From positions 1-48,112 of the forward strand of contig NEEC01000345.1 in assembly GCA_002189035.1 (NCBI GenBank): a stretch of 48,112 bases of DNA, in the 5' to 3' direction. Source of the stretch: Utricularia gibba (taxonomy: Eukaryota; Plantae; Magnoliophyta). Below, piece after piece: positions 39,101-48,112 of this stretch. How positions within the stretch are numbered: the first letter of the stretch is position 1; each line of letters opens with the position of its first letter. The translations under genes and the position numbers were made by a program. The notes beneath the pieces were generated by a model. That model saw nothing but the letters and a program-made list of their open reading frames with translations. It was not told the origin of the DNA and did no database searches.

Positions 39101-42100
39101 GGACACCTGACTCGATGCGAATGTGATTTTTGACATGCAAAACATATGTATTTCATGGACGATGTGAAATTTCGGATTTCGAGATGATCATTTAAGATGC
39201 CATGGTGTGTCCTAGCCACAACCTCATGGTGGCCTCGTGCACTCTTCGGTATCGAGTGGATATCTTGCAAACGGTGATGAGTCATGTTGCACATATCATA
39301 CCGTTTCGAAGCTCGTTCCGAGCCGGTCTTTTTTCGTGTTGAGAACTTGTTCGTCCGAGGAGGCACAAATGCTCGAAAGATTGCCTTATATTAGCCTTCA
39401 GATGTGCAACGAAGTGGCCACCACGTTCGCGAAAATGTGACTCGGGACACCTGACTCGATGCGAATGTGATTTTTGACATGCAAAACAATGTATTTCATG
39501 GACGATGTGAAATTTCGGATTTCGAGATGATCATTTAAGATGCCATGGTGTGTGGCTAGCCACAACCTCATGGTGGCTCGTGCACTCTTCGGTATCGAGT
39601 GGATATCTTGCAAACGGTGATGAGTCATGTTGCACATATCATACCGTTTCGAAGCTCGTTCCGAGCCGGTCTTTTTTCGTGTTGAGAACTTGTTCGTCCG
39701 AGGAGGCACAAATGCTCGAAAGATTGCCTTATATTAGCCTTCAGATGTGCAACGAAGTGGCCACCACGTTCGCGAAAATGTGACTCGGACACCTGACTCG
39801 ATGCGAATGTGATTTTTGACATGCAAAACATATGTATTTCATGGACGATGTGAAATTTCGGATTTCGAGATGATCATTTAAGATGCCATCGGTGTGTCCC
39901 TAGCCACAACCTCATGGTGGCCTCGTGCACTCTTCGGTATCGAGTGGATATCTTGCAAATGGTGATGAGTCATGTTGCACATATCATACCGTTTCGAAGC
40001 TCGTTCCGAGCCGGTCTTTTTTCGTGTGGAGAACTTGTTCGTCCGAGGAGGCACAAATGCTCGAAAGATTGCCTTATATTAGCCTTCAGATGTGCAACGA
40101 AGTGGCCACCACGTTCGCGAAAATGTGACTCGGGACACCTGACTCGATGCGAATGTGATTTTTGACATGCAAAACATATGTATTTCATGGGACGATGTGA
40201 AATTTCGGATTTCGAGATGATCATTTAAGATGCCATCGGTGTGTCCCTAGCCACAACCTCATGGTGGCCTCGTGCACTCTTCGGTATCGAGTGGATATCT
40301 TGCAAACGGTGATGAGTCATGTTGCACATATCATACCGTTTCGAAGCTCGTTCCGAGCCGGTCTTCTTTCGTGTTGAGAACTTGTTCGTCCGAGGAGGCA
40401 CAAATGCTCGAAAGATTGCCTTATATTAGCCTTCAGATGTGCAACGAAGTGGCCACCACGTTCGCGAAAATGTGACTCGGACACTGACTCGATGCGAATG
40501 TGATTTTTGACATGCAAAACATATGTATTTCATGGACGATGTGAAATTTCGGATTTCGAGATGATCATTTAAGATGCCATCGGTGTGTGGCTAGCCACAA
40601 CCTCATGGTGGCCTCGTGCACTCTTCGGTATCGAGTGGATATCTTGCAAACGGTGATGAGTCATGTTGCACATATCATACCGTTTCGAAGCTCGTTCCGA
40701 GCCGTCTTCTTTCGTGTTGAGAACTTGTTCGTCCGAGGAGGCACAAATGCTCGAAAGATTGCCTTATATAGCCTTCAGATGTGCAACGAAGTGGCCACCA
40801 CGTTCGCGAAAATGTGACTCGGACACCTGACTCGATGCGAATGTGATTTTTGACATGCAAAACATATGTATTTCATGGACGATGTGAAAATTTCGGATTT
40901 CGAGATGATCATTTAAGATGCCATCGGTGTGTGGCTAGCCACAACCTCATGGTGGCCTCGTGCACTCTTCGGTATCGAGTGGATATCTTGCAAACGGTGA
41001 TGAGTCATGTTGCACATATCATACCGTTTCGAAGCTCGTTCCGAGCCGTCTTTTTCGTGTTGAGAACTTGTTCGTCCGAGGAGGCACAAATGCTCGAAAG
41101 ATTGCCTTATATTAGCCTTCAGATGTGCAACGAAGTGGCCACCACGTTCGCGAAAATGTGACTCGGGACACCTGACTCGATGCGAATGTGATTTTTGACA
41201 TGCAAAACATATGTATTTCATGGACGATGTGAAATTTCGGATTTCGAGATGATCATTTAAGATGCCATCGGTGTGTGGCTAGCCACAACCTCATGGTGGC
41301 CTCGTGCACTCTTCGGTATCGAGTGGATATCTTGCAAACGGTGATGAGTCATGTTGCACATATCATACCGTTTCGAAGCTCGTTCCGAGCCGTCTTCTTT
41401 CGTGTTGAGAACTTGTTCGTCCGAGGAGGCACAAATGCTCGAAAGATTGCCTTATATTAGCCTTCAGATGTGCAACGAAGTGGCCACCACGTTCGCGAAA
41501 ATGTGACTCGGGACACCTGACTCGATGCGAATGTGATTTTTGACATGCAAAACATATGTATTTCATGTGACGATGTGAAATTTCGGATTTCGAGATGATC
41601 ATTTAAGATGCCATCGGTGTGTGGCTAGCCACAACCTCATGGTGGCCTCGTGCACTCTTTCGGTATCGAGTGGATATCTTGCAAACGGTGATGAGTCATG
41701 TTGCACATATCATACCGTTTCGAAGCTCGTTCCGAGCCGTCTTCTTTCGTGTTGAGAACTTGTTCGTCCGAGGAGGCACAAATGCTCGAAAGATTGCCTT
41801 ATATTAGCCTTCAGATGTGCAACGAAGTGGCCACCACGTTCGCGAAAATGTGACTCGGGACACCTGACTCGATGCGAATGTGATTTTTGACATGCAAAAC
41901 ATATGTATTTCATGGACGATGTGAAATTTCGGATTTCGAGATGATCATTTAAGATGCCATCGGTGTGTGGCTAGCCACAACCTCATGGTGGCCTCGTGCA
42001 CTCTTCGGTATCGAGTGGATATCTTGCAAACGGTGATGAGTCATGTTGCACATATCATACCGTTTCGAAGCTCGTTCCGAGCCGGTCTTCTTTCGTGTTG

Positions 42101-43670
42101 AGAACTTGTTCGTCCGAGGAGGCACAAATGCTCGAAAGATTGCCTTATATTAGCCTTCAGATGTGCAACGAAGTGGCCACCACGTTCGCGAAAATGTGAC
42201 TCGGGACACTGACTCGATGCGAATGTGATTTTTGACATGCAAAACATATGTATTTCATGGACGATGTGAAATTTCGGATTTCGAGATGATCATTTAAGAT
42301 GCCATGGTGTGTCCCTAGCCACAACCTCATGGTGGCCTCGTGCACTCTTCGGTATCGAGTGGATATCTTGCAAACGGTGATGAGTCATGTTGCACATATC
42401 ATACCGTTTCGAAGCTCGTTCCGAGCCGGTCTTCTTTCGTGTTGAGAACTTGTTCGTCCGAGGAGGCACAAATGCTCGAAAGATTGCCTTATATTAGCCT
42501 TCAGATGTGCAACGAAGTGGCCACCACGTTCGCGAAAATGTGACTCGGGACACCTGACTCGATGCGAATGTGATTTTTGACATGCAAAACATATGTATTT
42601 CATGGACGATGTGAAATTTCGGATTTCGAGATGATCATTTAAGATGCCATCGGTGTGTGGCTAGCCACAACCTCATGGTGGCCTCGTGCACTCTTCGGTA
42701 TCGAGTGGATATCTTGCAAACGGTGATGAGTCATGTTGCACATATCATACCGTTTCGAAGCTCGTTCCGAGCCGTCTTCTTTCGTGTTGAGAACTTGTTC
42801 GTCCGAGGAGGCACAAATGCTCGAAAGATTGCCTTATATTAGCCTTCAGATGTGCAACGAAGTGGCCACCACGTTCGCGAAAATGTGACTCGGACACCTG
42901 ACTCGATGCGAATGTGATTTTTGACATGCAAAACATATGTATTTCATGGACGATGTGAAATTTGGATTTCGAGATGATCATTTAAGATGCCATGGTGTGT
43001 GGCTAGCCACAACCTCATGGTGGCCTCGTGCACTCTTCGGTATCGAGTGGATATCTTGCAAACGGTGATGAGTCATGTTGCACATATCATACCGTTTCGA
43101 AGCTCGTTCCGAGCCGGTCTTTTTCGTGTTGAGAACTTGTTCGTCCGAGGAGGCACAAATGCTCGAAAGATTGCCTTATATTAGCCTTCAGATGTGCAAC
43201 GAAGTGGCCACCACGTTCGCGAAAATGTGACTCGGACACCTGACTCGATGCGAATGTGATTTTTGACATGCAAAACATATGTATTTCATGGACGATGTGA
43301 AATTTCGGATTTCGAGATGATCATTTAAGATGCCATGGTGTGTGGCTAGCCACAACCTCATGGTGGCCTCGTGCACTCTTCGGTATCGAGTGGATATCTT
43401 GCAAACGGTGATGAGTCATGTTGCACATATCATACCGTTTCGAAGCTCGTTCCGAGCCGTCTTCTTTCGTGTTGAGAACTTGTTCGTCCGAGGAGGCACA
43501 AATGCTCGAAAGATTGCCTTATATTAGCCTTCAGATGTGCAACGAAGTGGCCACCACGTTCGCGAAAATGTGACTCGGGACACCTGACTCGATGCGAATG
43601 TGATTTTTGACATGCAAAACATATGTATTTCATGGACGATGTGAAATTTCGGATTTCGAGATGATCATTT

Positions 43671-44016
43671 AAGATGCCATCGGTGTGTGGCTAGCCACAA
43701 CCTCATGGTGGCCTCGTGCACTCTTCGGTATCGAGTGGATATCTTGCAAATGGTGATGAGTCATGTTGCACATATCATACCGTTTCGAAGCTCGTTCCGA
43801 GCCGGTCTTTTTTCGTGTTGAGAACTTGTTCGTCCGAGGAGGCACAAATGCTCGAAAGATTGCCTTATATTAGCCTTCAGATGTGCAACGAAGTGGCCAC
43901 CACGTTCGCGAAAATGTGACTCGGGACACCTGACTCGATGCGAATGTGATTTTTGACATGCAAAACATATGTATTTCATGGACGATGTGAAATTTCGGAT
44001 TTCGAGATGATCATTT
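43671..44016 (+). repeat. Representative indel-free 346-bp monomer
   Basis: aagatgccat starts at 43671 and the next copy at 44017, exactly 346 bp apart. It differs from the consensus only at the polymorphic sites aaa[t]gg and tctt[t]ttt. Confidence 0.95.
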
Positions 44017-47000
44017 AAGATGCCATGGTGTGTGCTAGCCACAACCTCATGGTGGCCTCGTGCACTCTTCGGTATCGAGTGGATATCTTGCAAATGGTGA
44101 TGAGTCATGTTGCACATAGCATACCGTTTTCGAAGCTCGTTCCGAGCCGGTCTTCTTTCGTGTGAGAACTTGTTCGTCCGAGGAGGCACAAATGCTCGAA
44201 AGATTGCCTTATATTAGCCTTCAGATGTGCAACGAAGTGGCCACCACGTTCGCGAAAATGTGACTCGGGACACCTGACTCGATGCGAATGTGATTTTTGA
44301 CATGCAAAACATATGTATTTCATGGACGATGTGAAATTTCGGATTTCGAGATGATCATTTAAGATGCCATGGTGTGTGGCTAGCCACAACCTCATGGTGG
44401 CCTCGTGCACTCTTCGGTATCGAGTGGATATCTTGCAAACGGTGATGAGTCATGTTGCACATATCATACCGTTTCGAAGCTCGTTCCGAGCCGGTCTTCT
44501 TTCGTGTTGAGAACTTGTTCGTCCGAGGAGGCACAAATGCTCGAAAGATTGCCTTATATTAGCCTTCAGATGTGCAACGAAGTGGCCACCACGTTCGCGA
44601 AAATGTGACTCGGACACCTGACTCGATGCGAATGTGATTTTTGACATGCAAAACATATGTATTTCATGGACGATGTGAAATTTCGGATTTCGAGATGATC
44701 ATTTAAGATGCCATGGTGTGTGGCTAGCCACAACCTCATGGTGGCCTCGTGCACTCTTCGGTATCGAGTGGATATCTTGCAAATGGTGATGAGTCATGTT
44801 GCACATATCATACCGTTTCGAAGCTCGTTCCGAGCCGGTCTTTTTCGTGTGGAGAACTTGTTCGTCCGAGGAGGCACAAATGCTCGAAAGATTGCCTTAT
44901 ATTAGCCTTCAGATGTGCAACGAAGTGGCCACCACGTTCGCGAAAATGTGACTCGGGACACTGACTCGATGCGAATGTGATTTTTGACATGCAAAACATA
45001 TGTATTTCATGGACGATGTGAAATTTCGGATTTCGAGATGATCATTTAAGATGCCATGGTGTGTAGCCACAACCTCATGGTGGCCTCGTGCACTCTTCGG
45101 TATCGAGTGGATATCTTGCAAATGGTGATGAGTCATGTTGCACATATCATACCGTTTCGAAGCTCGTTCCGAGCCGGTCTTCTTTCGTGTTGAGAACTTG
45201 TTCGTCCGAGGAGCACAAATGCTCGAAAGATTGCCTTATATTAGCCTTCAGATGTGCAACGAAGTGGCCACCACGTTCGCGAAAATGTGACTCGGACACC
45301 TGACTCGATGCGAATGTGATTTTTGACATGCAAAACATATGTATTTCATGGACGATGTGAAATTTCGGATTTCGAGATGATCATTTAAGATGCCATGGTG
45401 TGTCTAGCCACAACCTCATGGTGGCCTCGTGCACTCTTCGGTATCGAGTGGATATCTTGCAAATGGTGATGAGTCATGTTGCACATATCATACCGTTTCG
45501 AAGCTCGTTCCGAGCCGGTCTTCTTTCGTGTTGAGAACTTGTTCGTCCGAGGAGGCACAAATGCTCGAAAGATTGCCTTATATTAGCCTTCAGATGTGCA
45601 ACGAAGTGGCCACCACGTTCGCGAAAATGTGACTCGGGACACCTGACTCGATGCGAATGTGATTTTTGACATGCAAACATATGTATTTCATGGACGATGT
45701 GAAATTTCGGATTTCGAGATGATCATTTAAGATGCCATCGGTGTGTCCTAGCCACAACCTCATGGTGGCCTCGTGCACTCTTCGGTATCGAGTGGATATC
45801 TTACAAATGGTGATGAGTCATGTTGCACATAGCATACCGTTTCGAAGCTCGTTCCGAGCCGGTCTTTTTCGTGTTGAGAACTTGTTCGTCCGAGGAGGCA
45901 CAAATGCTCGAAAGATTGCCTATATTAGCCTTCAGATGTGCAACGAAGTGGCCACCACGTTCGCGAAAATGTGACTCGGGACACCTGACTCGATGCGAAT
46001 GTGATTTTTGACATGCAAAACATATGTATTTCATGGACGATGTGAAATTTCGGATTTCGAGATGATCATTTAAGATGCCATCGGTGTGTGGCTAGCCACA
46101 ACCTCATGGTGCCTCGTGCACTCTTCGGTATCGAGTGGATATCTTGCAAATGGTGATGAGTCATGTTGCACATATCATACCGTTTCGAAGCTCGTTCCGA
46201 GCCGGTCTTTTTTCGTGTTGAGAACTTGTTCGTCCGAGGAGGCACAAATGCTCGAAAGATTGCCTTATATTAGCCTTCAGATGTGCAACGAAGTGGCCAC
46301 CACGTTCGCGAAAATGTGACTCGGGACACCTGACTCGATGCGAATGTGATTTTTGACATGCAAAACATATGTATTTCATGTGACGATGTGAAATTTCGGA
46401 TTTCGAGATGATCATTTAAGATGCCATGGGTGTGTGGCTAGCCACAACCTCATGGTGGCCTCGTGCACTCTTCGGTATCGAGTGGATATCTTGCAAATGG
46501 TGATGAGTCATGTTGCACATATCATACCGTTTCGAAGCTCGTTCCGAGCCGTCTTCTTTCGTGTTGAGAACTTGTTCGTCCGAGGAGGCACAAATGCTCG
46601 AAAGATTGCCTTATATTAGCCTTCAGATGTGCAACGAAGTGGCCACCACGTTCGCGAAAATGTGACTCGGACACCTGACTCGATGCGAATGTGATTTTTG
46701 ACATGCAAAACATATGTATTTCATGGACGATGTGAAATTTCGGATTTCGAGATGATCATTTAAGATGCCATCGGTGTGTCCCTAGCCACAACCTCATGGT
46801 GGCCTCGTGCACTCTTCGGTATCGAGTGGATATCTTGCAAATGGTGATGAGTCATGTTGCACATAGCATACCGTTTCGAAGCTCGTTCCGAGCCGGTCTT
46901 CTTTCGTGTTGAGAACTTGTTCGTCCGAGGAGGCACAAATGCTCGAAAGATTGCCTTATATTAGCCTTCAGATGTGCAACGAAGTGGCCACCACGTTCGC

Positions 47001-48112
47001 GAAAATGTGACTCGGGACACCTGACTCGATGCGAATGTGATTTTTGACATGCAAACATATGTATTTCATGTGACGATGTGAAATTTTGGATTTCGAGATG
47101 ATCATTTAAGATGCCATGGGTGTGTCTAGCCACAACCTCATGGTGGCCTCGTGCACTCTTCGGTATCGAGTGGATATCTTGCAAACGGTGATGAGTCATG
47201 TTGCACATATCATACCGTTTCGAAGCTCGTTCCGAGCCGGTCTTCTTTCGTGTTGAGAACTTGTTCGTCCGAGGAGGCACAAATGCTCGAAAGATTGCCT
47301 TATATTAGCCTTCAGATGTGCAACGAAGTGGCCACCACGTTCGCGAAAATGTGACTCGGGACACCTGACTCGATGCGAATGTGATTTTTGACATGCAAAC
47401 ATATGTATTTCATGGACGATGTGAAATTTTGGATTTCGAGATGATCATTTAAGATGCCATGGTGTGTCCTAGCCACAACCTCATGGTGGCCTCGTGCACT
47501 CTTCGGTATCGAGTGGATATCTTGCAAAGGTGATGAGTCATGTTGCACATATCATACCGTTTCGAAGCTCGTTCCGAGCCGGTCTTCTTTCGTGTTGAGA
47601 ACGTTCGTCCGAGGAGGCACAAATGCTCGAAAGATTGCCTTATATTAGCCTTCAGATGTGCAACGAAGTGGCCACCACGTTCGCGAAAATGTGACTCGGG
47701 ACACCTGACTCGATGCGAATGTGATTTTTGACATGCAAAATATGTATTTCATGGGACGATGTGAAATTTCGGATTTCGAGATGATCATTTAAGATGCCAT
47801 GGGTGTGTGGCTAGCCACAACCTCATGGTGGCCTCGTGCACTCTTCGGTATCGAGTGGATATCTTGCAAACGGTGATGAGTCATGTTGCACATATTACCG
47901 TTTCGAAGCTCGTTCCGAGCCGGTCTTTTTCGTGTTGAGAACTTGTTCGTCCGAGGAGGCACAAATGCTCGAAAGATTGCCTTATATTAGCCTTCAGATG
48001 TGCAACGAAGTGGCCACCACGTTCGCGAAATGTGACTCGGGACACCTGACTCGATGCGAATGTGATTTTTGACATGCAAGACATATGTATTTCATGTGAC
48101 GATGTGAAATTT

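Larger units (their letters stand above)
35777..44016. repeat. Sub-array C, most homogeneous (catatcata only, cttGcaaaCgg dominant, mostly tgtGGctag)
   Basis: 24 consecutive monomers lack the catagcata and caaagcata alleles. aaaCgg is present in 19 of the first 23, including 10 in a row from 40227 to 43670. Confidence 0.75.
1..48112. repeat. Tandem satellite DNA array, 346-bp monomer, ~141.5 head-to-tail copies, running off both window ends
   Basis: The same monomer recurs at ~310-356 bp spacing from base 1 to 48112 with no unique intervening sequence and no inversion seen. Consensus: aagatgccatcggtgtgtggctagccacaacctcatggtggcctcgtgcactcttcggtatcgagtggatatcttgcaaacggtgatgagtcatgttgcacatatcataccgtttcgaagctcgttccgagccggtcttctttcgtgttgagaacttgttcgtccgaggaggcacaaatgctcgaaagattgccttatattagccttcagatgtgcaacgaagtggccaccacgttcgcgaaaatgtgactcgggacacctgactcgatgcgaatgtgatttttgacatgcaaaacatatgtatttcatggacgatgtgaaatttcggatttcgagatgatcattt. 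Hand count: 75 C, 87 G, ~46.8% GC. 141 monomer starts from 205 to 47791, mean spacing ~340 bp. Confidence 0.99.

Noticed and set aside
42032-42072. Hammerhead-ribozyme satellite (newt satellite 2, Schistosoma Sm-alpha or retrozyme type, similar unit size)
   Set aside because: The nearest match is GTGATGAG...CGAAG against the required CTGANGA...GAAA, two core mismatches, and stem II does not form. The minus-strand CTGAAGG also fails. An Infernal search with the Rfam hammerhead models is needed to close this formally.
42054-42100. 5S rDNA array (similar unit length; shares atcatacc and tcgtgttg with plant 5S rRNA)
   Set aside because: The two 8-mers are ~40 bp apart rather than ~100, and I see no 120-nt gene body or A/C boxes.
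42185-42206. CENP-B box (NTTCGNNNNANNCGGGN)
   Set aside because: ttcg and cggg both occur, but their spacing is wrong by six bases, so the 17-bp box is not matched.
42385-42603. Minus-strand 72-aa ORF containing CFACQKSHSHRVRC, resembling a retroviral CX2CX4HX4C zinc knuckle
   Set aside because: The 14-residue C-to-C span and the F at position 2 fit, but the His residues are at positions 8 and 10 rather than 9 and the conserved Gly is absent. There is no gag/pol context, and many monomers frameshift it. An HMMER search against Pfam zf-CCHC would settle the question.
43671-44016. Internal 2 x 173-bp ancestral duplication of the monomer
   Set aside because: Offsetting the consensus by ~173 by eye gave no alignment, and the shared short motifs lie 195-202 bp apart. 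A self dot-plot could still reveal weak similarity.
213-48084. All listed ORFs (60-171 aa) as protein-coding genes
   Set aside because: They are the same monomer read in six frames, and their ends shift with random indels. The monomer length (346) is not a multiple of 3. I recognise no protein family in them.
1-48112. CRISPR array
   Set aside because: There are no unique spacers: the whole 346 bp repeats. No cas genes are present.
1-48112. Rolling-circle concatemer of one small circle (viroid-like RNA or eccDNA)
   Set aside because: One template would give only random errors. Here, non-homopolymer alleles (CC/GG, T/G, caaag) form multi-kb blocks and period-2 phases. The 9-bp inverted repeat gttgcacat/atgtgcaac (42045-42053 and 42161-42169) does not extend into a viroid-like rod.
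1-48112. Telomeric repeats, LTR or TIR ends, or target-site duplications within the array
   Set aside because: I found no TTTAGGG/TTAGGG runs, no non-monomer sequence and no orientation switch.

Overview
The whole 48,112-bp window is one uninterrupted head-to-tail satellite array of a 346-bp monomer. I counted by hand 141 monomer starts (first at 205, last at 47791), plus a partial copy at the left end, so about 141.5 copies, all in the same orientation. The consensus is about 47% GC. I see no supportable genes, RNA genes, transposons or CRISPR array; the ORF track is the same monomer re-read in drifting frames. The informative signal lies in the differences between monomers. (1) There are three haplotype domains: A (~0-19.4 kb), B (~20.0-35.8 kb) and C (~35.8-44.0 kb), with A-like alleles returning after ~45.4 kb. 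The A/B border coincides with the largest deletion in the array (~67 bp, at a CATG microhomology). The B/C border lies within one monomer of the only multi-base duplication (12 bp). (2) A two-base CC/GG allele turns a quasi-palindrome into a perfect 14-bp palindrome. (3) Three separate patches show 2-monomer (~685-690 bp) periodicity and one hints at a 4-monomer period. (4) The monomer is rich in short dyads and carries a ~48-nt hairpin whose paired positions are both polymorphic CpGs. Many small deletions, heavier at the left end, look like long-read (nanopore-type) error, so single-monomer indels should not be over-read. The organism cannot be determined from the sequence. A eukaryotic, possibly grass, heterochromatic satellite is my best inference.
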